DNA of 57,210 nt from positions 1-57,210 of the forward strand of contig JAYWBQ010000001.1 in assembly GCA_043781255.1 (NCBI GenBank), read 5' to 3'. The notes under the pieces were generated by a model. It made no database searches and was not told the DNA's origin. It worked only from the letters and a program-made list of their open reading frames with translations. A program made the translations under genes and the position numbers. Origin of the DNA: Minisyncoccota bacterium. Its GTDB lineage: Bacteria > Patescibacteriota > Minisyncoccia > Phycocordibacterales > UBA5272. Positions within the stretch are counted from its first letter, which is position 1, and every line of letters starts with the position of its first letter. Shown piece after piece: positions 8,317 through 18,351 of this stretch.

Positions 8317-8553
8317 ATGAACAAACAAGAAATCTTTACCAATCATTTTGCCAATAAATACCCAAACATATCAGACTGGCTAGAAGATGGTACTATTGAA
8401 ATCGGCAGAGGAGAGTATGGAAGTTCTTCATTTATTAAAGTTATAGATGAAGGAGGCTTAGTTTGGGAAGGAAAGGAAAGATATGCAACTTTAGATGAAG
8501 CTTTTGACGATACAGAAAAAGCAATTACTGATTGGCTCGATGAAAATACCTAA
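8317..8553 (+). CDS. Small acidic hypothetical protein
   Basis: 78-aa ORF with YPNI..W...G.IEIG...SFI...DEGGLVWEG pattern; TGGTAAAAT upstream. Confidence 0.7.
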   Translation: MNKQEIFTNHFANKYPNISDWLEDGTIEIGRGEYGSSSFIKVIDEGGLVWEGKERYATLDEAFDDTEKAITDWLDENT

Positions 8554-8561
8554 AATATCTT

Positions 8562-8897
8562 ATGGCTTTTTCTTTTTCGCGCTTAATAATTTTTGAAACA
8601 GATGTTCTTACAAGCAAAGAGGCTCTTACTCTTTTAAAAGAGAAAGGTTTTCAAATGGAAAGACTTGGTAATGCAGCATGTCTTGGAAAAATTGATGACT
8701 ACGATGTATGGCTCGGTTTTAAGAAAGGTATCCCCGCATGGAGATGTTCTTGTAAAAAATTAGGAAGCCCATGTTCTCATGCAATTGCTATAGCTTTAGT
8801 TTGGGATAGAAGTAGAAATGTGCCTGACCCAAGCATGGAAGATATTGTAGATCTCATAAATTATAAAGTATCCCTAAAACCAAATTCTTTTTTGTAA
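8562..8897 (+). CDS. SWIM zinc-finger protein
   Basis: WRCSC......CSHAIA = SWIM CxC-xn-CxH motif. Confidence 0.7.
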   Translation: MAFSFSRLIIFETDVLTSKEALTLLKEKGFQMERLGNAACLGKIDDYDVWLGFKKGIPAWRCSCKKLGSPCSHAIAIALVWDRSRNVPDPSMEDIVDLINYKVSLKPNSFL

Positions 8898-10993
8898 AAT
8901 GTCCTTCTCTTTTTATGTTGTCTTTCAAGAAATGGAACCTTTTCATCCAGAAAATCAATAATATGTTTCAATCCATCTCCGCGAAGTCTCCCTATATATT
9001 GCTTAAGTTTACCTTCGAAAGAAAATGGAAAAGCAAGAACTATACTGTCCACACCGTGCAAATCAAATCCTTCGCCAAGTAACTGTCCTGTTGTAAGAAG
9101 AACTTTAAAATTTCCAGCCTCTATTTGATCAAGTTTGGCTTTTCTTGAACGTGCAGAATCATCACCAGAAATGGCTATTGCTTCTACTTTTCCACCAAGA
9201 TACAGCTTAAGCATTTCTAAGTACTCTTTTCGTTCTGTGAGAACAAGTATCTTTTTCGACAGTAGTGATTCTTCTACAATAACTTTTGTTATTAGTTCAT
9301 TTCTTGCTGAGTCGTAACAAATCGTTTTAGCTAAAGTTTCATAATGGTCGGTTGTATAACGAAACGGAATAGACAGCTGTGTTGCATGAATACTTACATC
9401 AAATAATTTTTTGCTACCCATATCAGCTTCTTTCATTTCAGCAATAACGAGGCCAATAATAAGCTCAGTTATTTTTTCACTTCCAAATTTAGGTGCATGT
9501 GTAGCCGTAAGTCCAAAGAAGTACTTACTTTTGAACGATGAGATTAAATTACGATATGTTTTTGCAGGAATATGATGACATTCGTCGACAATAATAATTC
9601 CAAAAGAATCACTAATTTCTTGCAGATTTTTGTATCTCACGAGACTCTGAAGAGTTGCAACAGTAACTTGCTTACCAAGCTTTTTCTTTGTACCAGAAAT
9701 TGTTCCAATATTTATTTTTGGTATCCCAAGAAACTACTCAGTTCGTTCAACCCATTGAGATAGAAGCTGATTACGGTTAACTAAAATAAGTGCAGGCATC
9801 TTAAGTCGAGCGATGAGTTCAAGAGCTATAATTGTTTTCCCGCTTCCAGGTGGTGCGACAATAATCCCGTTTGTATGACTTGTTATTTCATCAAGTAGCT
9901 TAGTTTGTTCTTCACGTAATGAAATTATTGATTTATAGTTTATAGTCTCATGTTGTTTGTAATTGTGTGTGGCTGAATATAATATATTATTTTCGTCTAA
10001 AAAAGTTTTTAGTTCATCAAGAAAACCTCGTGGCAAGGTTACTTCGCTACCCTCGTCATGGATTAAATTAAAGTATTGTTCTATACCAAAAGAAGACATG
10101 CCTAATCTTTTCTTGGTAGCAAATTCTTTGTTAAAGATATTAAGAGTATCTTTGATGAACATAACAACACTAGTAGGTAGTTCTGACTTTTTAAGGTGTA
10201 GTAGACCGTCCACCAGAATATGTACTTGGTTAGTAGCTGGTGGTACCTCATTGGACATGCTATCTTTTTTATCGAACAAAGTTTCGTACACAATATCAAG
10301 TTCTTCTTGCGTGTGCTTATGAATTGTTTTCAAGAATTCCCACTGATTAGTATGTGGAATAAATGTTTCTAAATCACAAAATACAGACGCACCATTGAGA
10401 ACTCGTTCACCTTGAAGTGGTAATGCTATGAGATTACCAAAACCACCATCTGTTATAGTATCTTGGTTAGGAAACAATCTATCGAAACTAGCTTCTTTGA
10501 CAAACGGAGAATGGTTAAAAGTTTTGCGTATTATTTCAAGCATAATTGCTCTTGATTTAAAACATGGGTATGCATTTTCAAAAAAGACCCATGCATGTGC
10601 CCCATTACCAGATCGAGAAATTTCTGCGTATGCATGTATGTTAAAACTATTACACATAGTAATAAACTTTTGGACATCATTTTTCCAATCTCCTTCATCA
10701 AAATCTGCAGCGATAAAATATGAAGTATTGTCAGTAAGAATTGGGTAGATGCCGATTGTTTCTTTGCCAAGTAAATGATTGAATACAATTTCATCAGTAA
10801 CAGGGCATAAGGTCTTGCTCTCGAAGTCTTTCATCGTACCACCACGAGCTCTGTGTGCATTGAACTCATTCCAGTCAAAAGAATACGCAGGAGTCCACCC
10901 ACTTTTCTCACCTTTCTCCCATCTACGAGGATATACATCTGATCTTCCTCGAAAGATAGATTTGTAAAGTAAGAGTTTCTCTTGATTTGTCAT
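8861..10993 (-). pseudogene. AEP-type (TOTE-like) primase domain fused to SF2 DEAD/DEAH helicase, interrupted by one in-frame TAG at 9734-9736
   Basis: FRGR.DVY..RW, GIYP......F.AADFD, E.SRSGNGAH.WVFF, DR.FPNQD..GFGNLIALPLQ; Walker A APPGSGKT; DECHH; EGFD; QY.GR. The two track ORFs are in the same frame and join as ...WVERTE*FLGIPK...VATLQSLVRYK. Confidence 0.85.
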
Positions 10994-10999
10994 ACATCT

Positions 11000-12097
11000 T
11001 TATTTAACTTGATACTTTGTCTGCGGCCCGCTACCAATACGTTTTACCTTTTCTAATTTCAAAAGTCGTAGTAACGCCTGACGTACAGTTGCAATGATGA
11101 CACCTGTTTCTCTGGAAATTTGTACTGGTGTTACGTCTGTATGTAATAGTAAATACCTCCAAATAATAAGTTGTTTCGGTGACAGCATATCTTCGAATTT
11201 TTCCGCTTCGAGGTAGATGAGAGCTTTAGTGGCTTGTTCTTTTACTACTGATAGAAAATAATTAAGCCATGGTGATATTGTGTCGTTTTCTGTTTTGAAA
11301 CTCTCTTGAGATTTGCGAAGTGCATAGTAGTATTCATCTTTACGCTGTTCGATAATCTGTTCATGTGAGACATACTGCACAAATTGATACCCTGATCGCA
11401 AAAGAAGCATATTCGTGAGGACACGTGACATACGACCATTACCATCTTGGAATGGGTGAATTTTTAGAAATTCTACAAGGAAGTTTGCAATCACAAGTAA
11501 TGGATGAAAAAGATTTTCCTCAAGTGCGTCAAATGAATACTCGACAATTTCTGTCATTTCTTTTTGTGTTTGCCATGCCGGAGTAGTTTCAAAAATTACT
11601 TGTATGATTTCACCTTTTTCATTAGCAACACCAACAAGATTTTCCTGCTTTTTATAGCTTCCTTTATGAATTTTGTCTTTGTCTGAATATTTCATCAGCT
11701 CATTATGTAGTGACGTTATGACGCCTTCACGAAGCGGTAGTATCTGATAGCTATCAAAAACATTTTGAAGTGTCTCCAGATATCCCTGCACTTCTTGTGA
11801 ATCACGGTCGGAAAATTTCGAGATAGATAAATTACTGAGAATTTTTTTAACATCTTCGTCAGATAATTTTGACCCTTCAATACGAGTTGATGCTCCGGCA
11901 GATGTAATCAGTACTGATTTTTTCAGACTTGTAATTGCTTGTGGTGTCATGCGTAGCCCTGATTTGAACTCACCTCTGATACCATCTATTTCAGCCAAAA
12001 TAGACACAATATGTGGCTCTGGTGTACGGATTCGCTTGTCAAATTTTTCTGTATGTGGATTCATATATGATATATGCTGTATATTAGATAGTATCAT
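11000..12097 (-). CDS. Fic family protein (class II) with C-terminal HTH; likely start ATG 12064
   Basis: HPFQDGNGRMSR catalytic motif; N-terminal STRIEG inhibitory motif; C-terminal winged-HTH-like segment. Confidence 0.92.
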   Translation of the reverse strand: MILSNIQHISYMNPHTEKFDKRIRTPEPHIVSILAEIDGIRGEFKSGLRMTPQAITSLKKSVLITSAGASTRIEGSKLSDEDVKKILSNLSISKFSDRDSQEVQGYLETLQNVFDSYQILPLREGVITSLHNELMKYSDKDKIHKGSYKKQENLVGVANEKGEIIQVIFETTPAWQTQKEMTEIVEYSFDALEENLFHPLLVIANFLVEFLKIHPFQDGNGRMSRVLTNMLLLRSGYQFVQYVSHEQIIEQRKDEYYYALRKSQESFKTENDTISPWLNYFLSVVKEQATKALIYLEAEKFEDMLSPKQLIIWRYLLLHTDVTPVQISRETGVIIATVRQALLRLLKLEKVKRIGSGPQTKYQVK

Positions 12098-12253
12098 ATA
12101 GTAGTATATAGTGCAACTATACTACTAACTCAACGGGTTTGAATTACATAAAAACTATATTTTATAACGGTTATGATCTATAGACGACCCACTTAGTTCG
12201 AATCGCTTTATCCCCGCAAAATAGTTGTTTTGTTTACAAAACGACATATTTTG

Positions 12254-12359
12254 CGCAGTGCAAAGTCGGAGCGTATTCGCGACCAGACTTTGCCTCCGCA
12301 GCATTTCGTCGCAGTGCATTTCAAGGAGCGTACCCGCGACTATGAATATGCCTCCGCCA
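12254..12359. repeat. Two tandem ~56-bp hairpin units with conserved GGAGCGTAYYCGCGAC loop; related copy near 5825-5870
   Basis: cgcagt-gcaaagtc-ggagcgtattcgcgacca-gactttgc-ctccgc and cgcagt-gcatttca-aggagcgtacccgcgacta-tgaatatgc-ctccgc. Confidence 0.75.
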
Positions 12360-12398
12360 TAATGTAAAAGTATCGAACACGACCAAAATACATAATTC

Positions 12399-13070
12399 AT
12401 GAAAGTGCCAGAATCAAAAAGTAATAACCCGATACAGGAATCTGCACCAAGAAGATTATTTTCTGGACTTTCTTCGATTATGGATCAAGTTTTATTAAAT
12501 AAAGAAAGCAGAAGTTCTTTAAGAGTTGGTAAAGTTCTTTCGGTAGTCAATGGTGCTCTTGTTGTTAACGAGGCAAGTCCTGAATCAAGTACAAAAAGAA
12601 ATGAAGATGGGTCTTCCCAAATATCTCTTGGAGCTATGCCATTTCGTAGGGAAAATGTGGATAGTTTTGGCTGGGGAGTCGAGAGCGCTAAAGAACAGCT
12701 TCTTATTAAATTAGCTCATGAATCCGCCCATGTTTTTCAAAATCAAGCAGGATATGAGCAAGCTCTTGTTAATTTCTTGAATGGCTCAAATGATATCGAC
12801 AAAAAGTTCCATCCATATCTAGAGTTATATACATTTCTTAATACTAAAGGTGTTTGCAATGGACTTGCAAACATGGATGTATATCATCGACAAAATAGAG
12901 ATATAGGCTTGCTTAGCATGAATACTCTAGAAGATATGACTGAGTTTATTGGTGCATATCTTATTAGTGATGATTATTTTAGTTTTAGATTAGATGGCTC
13001 AAAGACTTCTCTGTCAGAAGAAGATAAGAAAAAGATTGCGATGTTAGTGATACAGATTATGAAGATGTAG
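12399..13070 (+). CDS. Hypothetical protein with HExxH zincin-like motif
   Basis: LAHESAHVFQ plus downstream LEDMTE. Confidence 0.6.
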   Translation: MKVPESKSNNPIQESAPRRLFSGLSSIMDQVLLNKESRSSLRVGKVLSVVNGALVVNEASPESSTKRNEDGSSQISLGAMPFRRENVDSFGWGVESAKEQLLIKLAHESAHVFQNQAGYEQALVNFLNGSNDIDKKFHPYLELYTFLNTKGVCNGLANMDVYHRQNRDIGLLSMNTLEDMTEFIGAYLISDDYFSFRLDGSKTSLSEEDKKKIAMLVIQIMKM

Positions 13071-13124
13071 TATTTTATCCAAAAATAGAGCCGATAAACA
13101 GATACATAGATATAACATACCCCA

Positions 13125-13409
13125 ATGAAACCTTTTACAAAAAAAGTTTTAGAAGTCGTTGCAGAAGTTTCTAAAGGGAAAGTTCTTACCTATTCCCAAG
13201 TCGCAGTTAAAGCTGGTAACTCTCAGGCCTCCCGCGCTGTCGGCTCAATCATGGCGAAAAATACTGATAAAAAGATTCCGTGTCACCGTGTTGTTAAGTC
13301 AGATGGAAGTATAGGTATGTACAACGGTATTTTAGGAAAAAACAAAGAAACAATCTTAAAAAAAGAAAGGGTACGTTTTAAAGAAAATGGAAAAGTATTT
13401 TTAGCTTAA
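13125..13409 (+). CDS. Short O6-methylguanine-DNA methyltransferase (MGMT family)
   Basis: GKVLTYSQVA..AG...ASRAVG...IPCHRVV.SDG. Confidence 0.9.
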   Translation: MKPFTKKVLEVVAEVSKGKVLTYSQVAVKAGNSQASRAVGSIMAKNTDKKIPCHRVVKSDGSIGMYNGILGKNKETILKKERVRFKENGKVFLA

Positions 13410-13642
13410 TCTTCTATGTCACTACTTAAAACTAATCGATTTATTTCATTCAGTCTTGCTTATAATAGAACCTATATATTCTTATAAAATTTATAAGAAT
13501 ATATAAATATAGCCATAACGATATTTATATTATGAAATAATCAAAAATATATATTTGAAACTCTCTATAAATCACTATGTTAATGTTACAAAATAGTATT
13601 TTATTTGCTTGCAAAATAATATATATATATATACTTTTTAGT

Positions 13643-14401
13643 ATGTCAGAAAATCAACCAAAACAAGAGTTAGCTTTAGAAACCGACGAGCAAGCACGAA
13701 ACAGATTGCAAGGCGCACCAGTTGCTCCACCTACAGTGATGGACAACCTTAGGGCGGCCCAAGCAAGCGGTGATTCTGCTGCGTTAGAGGCAGCAACAAA
13801 AGTAGCCGATGAGGCGTATATGGTGCCAAGCAGTAAGCCAAGTGATGAGACAACAGAGTTGCATGATGGACATGTGCAAGCAAGTCTACTAGCTGGGGAG
13901 ATTAAGAAAAGTAACGAGGAATCTGTCAAAATAGTGGAAGGAAATGAGGGATATTTACGGCAAAGAGAAAATGTTATCCGTGACCTTTCTTCAAGTATAG
14001 ATCCTAATAATCTAAAAGAAACATTTAGGGCTATTATAAAATTACAAAACATAGACCAATTAGATGAAGATGCTATTAGTATTATTCTGTCTCGTAAAGC
14101 GGTGACTGAGGAACAAAAAAAGACAGCTGATAGAATAAAAACATTCATTGGAAGAAAGGATTTATTTCAAGCTGCATCATCTGGAAGGAATCCAGACGGA
14201 TACACTTCAGAAATGTTTAATAGTGCTGAAAAAACATTTAAACAAAGAGTAAATAGTAGTTCTCCGGAAGATCGACCATACTTAGACAAACAAACCGAAG
14301 TACAACAAATGCTTGGGGAATGGAAGAGTCAAAAAACAGCAGCAAGACAAGAAGCTCAAGCAATATTAGGATTTTCTGATGACGATATGTATCACATGTA
14401 A
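13643..14401 (+). CDS. Hypothetical protein (ATG 13643)
   Basis: Long charged helical ORF; the track's upstream extension is AT-rich intergenic-like sequence. Confidence 0.65.
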   Translation: MSENQPKQELALETDEQARNRLQGAPVAPPTVMDNLRAAQASGDSAALEAATKVADEAYMVPSSKPSDETTELHDGHVQASLLAGEIKKSNEESVKIVEGNEGYLRQRENVIRDLSSSIDPNNLKETFRAIIKLQNIDQLDEDAISIILSRKAVTEEQKKTADRIKTFIGRKDLFQAASSGRNPDGYTSEMFNSAEKTFKQRVNSSSPEDRPYLDKQTEVQQMLGEWKSQKTAARQEAQAILGFSDDDMYHM

Positions 14402-14607
14402 TTTTTAAATTTTTTACTTTCCCATACTTATCATACTAGTTTAACTTTTTTGAAATCATAGGTCTTAATCTTTTCTACCCAGTATTTGTAAGCAGTATTC
14501 TAGGAAACTAACTTTCAGTTATTGTCACACTCGGTATTTATTTTTTAGCATATATTTTTTTAACACCCAAAAAATAATGATGTGCATCTTTGTGCTATTA
14601 TATAGCG

Positions 14608-15111
14608 ATGTACAAAAATATTATTATAAGTTGGTCTATTGAATTTGGGCCAATTATAGTATTTTTTGGGACCCTTAGCTTTTTAGGAGATACTAATAAA
14701 GGGTTTATTGCCTCAACTACTATTTTTAGTATTCTTACGATGGTCGCACTTATTGCATCGTATCTTTATGAAAAGCGTATCGCTTGGTTTCCTCTCATTG
14801 CAGGAGTATCTGTAATTACTTTTGGAATTCTCACATTAGTTTTTGAAGAACCAGCACTATTTATTCTGAAAGATACTCTCTATAATGGATTCTTCGGGGT
14901 ATTTTTACTTGGAGGTGTCTATATGCGTAAAGGTCTTCTTAAAAAACTCTTTGTTGCACTCTTTGACATGAGCGATAAGGGTTGGCACATTCTTTCTCTT
15001 AGATGGGGGATTTTTTTTATTATGTACCATATTTTCACTCTACAATTTTGTAAATTTGTTGTCCTTATTACAAGGATACCTTACTCTCGCCATAATATTT
15101 TTTATAACTGA
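14608..15111 (+). CDS. Septation protein A/YciB (IspZ) family membrane protein, probably 3'-truncated
   Basis: EFGPIIVFF...VITFGILTL.F....FILKDTLYNG.FG..L.GG...LLKKLF...F.MSDKGW..LSLRWG.FF; sequence after ~15020 loses family-like character and overlaps the convergent gene. Confidence 0.7.
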   Translation: MYKNIIISWSIEFGPIIVFFGTLSFLGDTNKGFIASTTIFSILTMVALIASYLYEKRIAWFPLIAGVSVITFGILTLVFEEPALFILKDTLYNGFFGVFLLGGVYMRKGLLKKLFVALFDMSDKGWHILSLRWGIFFIMYHIFTLQFCKFVVLITRIPYSRHNIFYN

Positions 15112-16167
15112 AGATTTTTTCCACAATTGATGAAGGTAAAAATCAATTTTATTAACATAATATATAAGTGTTGCAAGAATAATAAAAAGGAGTATACAAG
15201 CAATGTAATTTGAAACTTCGTGTCTCTTAATATTTTCAATAAGAATGTTTAGGATCACACTATGGAGTAAGTAAAGTGGGTATGTTATTGCTCCAAGTGT
15301 GACAAGTATTTTTTTGTAGGCTGTGCCTAAAAATGCATAGGAGGTATTGGGTATCTTTTTGAGCGAAATAGCTAAGAATAATCCAAAAAAAAGTGTAATG
15401 TGGAGAACGATGATGGTAGGACTATTTGTTGCGTAGCTGTGGTCTAATGCTTGAATTATTGCAGCACAATAACACAAGGCGATAGCTATGTAGTTGTAGT
15501 AAGCTTTGTTTTCCTTATAAATTCCATAAAATAAAATACCTGCAATAAAATACTGAGCGTATTCATAACCAAAAGGCATTAAAATATACCCCCCATATAC
15601 ATTAAGAAATGAAGAGGAATAAGGATTGTAAAAGAGTGTATGGCACAGTAGTGGTAGAGAGATTAACAATGCGATTTTTTGTAAAGATACATTTATAAAT
15701 GTTTTTATAAATAAGATAAAAGCAATAAAGAGATAAAATCTAAGTTCAATTTCAAGTGTCCAGTATGATCCATCAATAAAAGCATACTCCCCATAGTAAT
15801 GAGGCATCATTGTTAAATTAGCCAGGTACTGAAAAAGTGAGATGTGCACACTACTCATTAGGAGAGTAAACAGTGTCGTGATCGAGACACATATCCAGAA
15901 TACTGGGAACAGTCTAATAAAGCGTGCAGAAATAAATTCTCCAAATGTTCTCCCTTCAGAGCTAAGAGTTATAACAAAACCACTGATGAGAAAAAACAAA
16001 TTTACCCCAAGATAACCATGCTCAGTAAGTGGTGAAAGAAACTTAAGAAATTCTGGAATATACCCGAGATCAATTAATGAACTAAATTTATGAACAAATA
16101 AGATGCCGAGTGCTGCAAAAAAACGTAACAAATTTAGGGTAAGTATCTCTTCTTTCATATTTGCCAA
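15040..16167 (-). CDS. Acyltransferase-3 (OafA/YrhL-like) membrane O-acyltransferase; likely start ATG 16158
   Basis: LRFFAA..I..VH; GYLGVNLFFLISGFVI; RFIRLFP; YWTL.IE..FY; G.ITYPLYLLH. Confidence 0.9.
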   Translation of the reverse strand: MANMKEEILTLNLLRFFAALGILFVHKFSSLIDLGYIPEFLKFLSPLTEHGYLGVNLFFLISGFVITLSSEGRTFGEFISARFIRLFPVFWICVSITTLFTLLMSSVHISLFQYLANLTMMPHYYGEYAFIDGSYWTLEIELRFYLFIAFILFIKTFINVSLQKIALLISLPLLCHTLFYNPYSSSFLNVYGGYILMPFGYEYAQYFIAGILFYGIYKENKAYYNYIAIALCYCAAIIQALDHSYATNSPTIIVLHITLFFGLFLAISLKKIPNTSYAFLGTAYKKILVTLGAITYPLYLLHSVILNILIENIKRHEVSNYIACILLFIILATLIYYVNKIDFYLHQLWKKSSVIKNIMARVRYPCNKDNKFTKL

Positions 16168-16452
16168 ATTGTAGCATATTGCTATTACAGGAAGCCTATT
16201 TTGTTTTTTAAATATAGGAATACGGTGTCAGGCACTATTTTTTCATAAAATATACCGTATATAGCCCTCGCAAATCAAATCCCCACATTTGTAATGCTAC
16301 ACTTTACTAAGTGTTAAAAATAAAAACCTTGAGTGCAGGATTATACAACTTGAGATTGGGATATAAGTAACCAGGGGTGATAAAGGGGCATTTTGTGACT
16401 GTTGGAAGTTATTACGGAGCTTGTCTAGTGTATAAGCAAGTTTGTGACAGTG

Positions 16453-16490
16453 TTTATTCGCGAACAATACCCTGTGGCGTCAGCCCAGGG
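16453..16490. repeat. Partial copy of palindromic element end (matches 49081-49118)
   Basis: tttatt(c/t)gcgaacaataccc(t/c)gtggcgtcagccc(a/g)ggg, 35/38 identical, with a compensatory T-A vs C-G pair. Confidence 0.8.
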
Positions 16491-16553
16491 TTCTTTATTA
16501 TGACTTAGTTTCTAGAATCTAAGTATCAAATATTTTACAGAAAGTAGGAGTAA

Positions 16554-17072
16554 TTATTTTTCAAAATTTAGTAACCATTTTTTTCGCTTTACACCCCAAG
16601 AGTAACCATAATCCTCGTCTTTTTTTCTAACTACGCGATGGCATGGAATAAAGAGTGCTATCGGGTTTTTGCCGCAGGCGGTACCGGATGCATGTGCGGC
16701 ATACGGCTTCCCAACTTGCTCAGCAATATCAGTGTAAGTGATAGTTACACCAAAGGTAACAGTAGAGATAACTAACCAGATACTTTTTTGAAAATCTGTT
16801 CCGAGGATCTCTTTTGAAATTAAACTATTAGGTAGATCCTTTTTTTCAAAGAAATAATCATCTAAGGCTTTTGTTATAGCAGTAGGCAGATCTTTGTATT
16901 CTTTCTGTTTTTTATTTACAAAAATTGCATTTCTTACTTTACCTAGTATATCTAAATCTATTTCTAAATATCCAAGTGGTTTTGGACAAGTGTAGCAATA
17001 TTTAGTTAAAGTAAATTTTAAAACTTTGTCACCTGTCTTACTTGATGTGCTAAAGAGTAAGGTGTGATTCAT
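16554..17072 (-). CDS. Methylated-DNA--protein-cysteine methyltransferase (Ogt-like)
   Basis: GTDFQKSIW.....FG.T.TY..IA..VG.P.AA...G.ACGKNPIALFIPCHRVV. Confidence 0.9.
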   Translation of the reverse strand: MNHTLLFSTSSKTGDKVLKFTLTKYCYTCPKPLGYLEIDLDILGKVRNAIFVNKKQKEYKDLPTAITKALDDYFFEKKDLPNSLISKEILGTDFQKSIWLVISTVTFGVTITYTDIAEQVGKPYAAHASGTACGKNPIALFIPCHRVVRKKDEDYGYSWGVKRKKWLLNFEK

Positions 17073-17078
17073 AAACTT

Positions 17079-17543
17079 TTATTTACCGACCGATACAGTA
17101 AGGGTCACTTCTGTCATATCTTGGTTGTACATATCCATGTCATATCCGAAAGCCCTGTCGCACTCTTTATTACTCATAGCATTTACTTTATGCCACTCTG
17201 CTATTAAATTTTTTGGCATCTCACCTGTCACTTTTACATATTCATAATCTTGGGGAGGAATAGTGATAGTGGTAAAAGTCTTAGTATCTTGCGTAGAATT
17301 TTCTTCGGTAATAAATCCAATGAGCATATCATAACCTCGTTCTGCTAGATTGTCTGGGGTTAGATAATTAAAATACACCATGTGCAGTGTCGGATATGCT
17401 TTGTGTAAAATCTTATCAGACATATTTTCTGAAATAAATTTTGTCCAAGCATCAGCAATATCTTTTTGTTCTTGATTATTTTTTTTAGTTGTAGTTATTT
17501 TGTAACCCGTAACTTGAAATGCTCCGTGTGAATATTTTTCCAT
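17079..17543 (-). CDS. GyrI-like/Cass2 small-molecule (effector)-binding protein
   Basis: F.VTGY.I.TT..N...I..AW..F; Y.NY...GYD.LIG; IP.Q.Y....V.G.MP......W; RA..YD. Confidence 0.75.
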   Translation of the reverse strand: MEKYSHGAFQVTGYKITTTKKNNQEQKDIADAWTKFISENMSDKILHKAYPTLHMVYFNYLTPDNLAERGYDMLIGFITEENSTQDTKTFTTITIPPQDYEYVKVTGEMPKNLIAEWHKVNAMSNKECDRAFGYDMDMYNQDMTEVTLTVSVGK

Positions 17544-17578
17544 ATGGGTCTAGTATACCACTGTACACTTTTTACATA

Positions 17579-17611
17579 AAAAATAAGCTCAACAGGTGAG
17601 CTTATTTTTTT
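17579..17611. terminator. Bidirectional terminator-like hairpin
   Basis: aaaaaataagctca-acagg-tgagcttatttttt. Confidence 0.7.
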
Positions 17612-17666
17612 GTTCATTTCCTCTGTACTCTGCAGTTCTACAGGAGGGTAGATGATTGAGACAATA

Positions 17667-18212
17667 CTAGTGATATCGTTCGCGGATTTCAAAAAGAAGG
17701 TATGCTCCGATAAAAATACCGACAACATTTCCTAAGCCATTCATCATTCCTACAATACTAAGCACAGATGAGATAGCGCTCACCGTAAGAGCATAGAATG
17801 AATAATCCCAACCAGTTTTTTTCATTCCTTGTAGCGGCTTAAAAGCAAGGATGGAAAGAACAGCAGATATGATACCTAAAACAAGAGTTAGTAAAAGTAT
17901 TATGCCACGGAATCCTCCACCAAGAACGGCAAGCGGTGAAAGAACAATTCCAAGCATTCCAGATCCTAGAAGTGCGATAAGCGCGAGTACTCCAAAAATA
18001 ACAGAAAGCCAAGGAATAATATCAGAGATAACTTTTCTTCCACCTTCTGGTATATGAGGGAGACCTGAAAAAATAGGGGTAAGTAAAGCCTCGAGTGCCC
18101 CAGCGTGCCCTTTTAGTTTTGAAGTCACTTGATGGCGTGTGTGGTCAGTACCCTGATGTGGTTCTTGGTGACCTTCATGATGAGATTTATTATGATTGTG
18201 TGTATGTTCCAT
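17667..18212 (-). CDS. Membrane protein with His-rich N-terminus
   Basis: HTHNHNKSHHEGH leader; LPHIPE.GR...I.PW and four hydrophobic segments. Confidence 0.7.
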   Translation of the reverse strand: MEHTHNHNKSHHEGHQEPHQGTDHTRHQVTSKLKGHAGALEALLTPIFSGLPHIPEGGRKVISDIIPWLSVIFGVLALIALLGSGMLGIVLSPLAVLGGGFRGIILLLTLVLGIISAVLSILAFKPLQGMKKTGWDYSFYALTVSAISSVLSIVGMMNGLGNVVGIFIGAYLLFEIRERYH

Positions 18213-18351
18213 GTAGATATAATGTTACATTTAGTAACAACTCTAGTGTAATCCATTTATAAAAATCTAGATAGATCAGTTGTCCGTATGACCGGCAGCA
18301 TCTTTAAATTTCATCTTCAGATGTAGATGAAATTATGGTAGTCTACTTAGT

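Noticed and set aside
8097-9736. tRNA at 8097 as an amber (CUA) suppressor for the nearby in-frame TAG
   Set aside because: The loop TTACTAA contains CTA only at positions 35-37. With the clean 5-bp stem the anticodon is ACT. Many genes here end normally in TAG.
13125-17072. Two PCHRV alkyltransferase genes as a special system
   Set aside because: They are on opposite strands, 3 kb apart, and are common paralogs with no shared regulatory signal that I could see.
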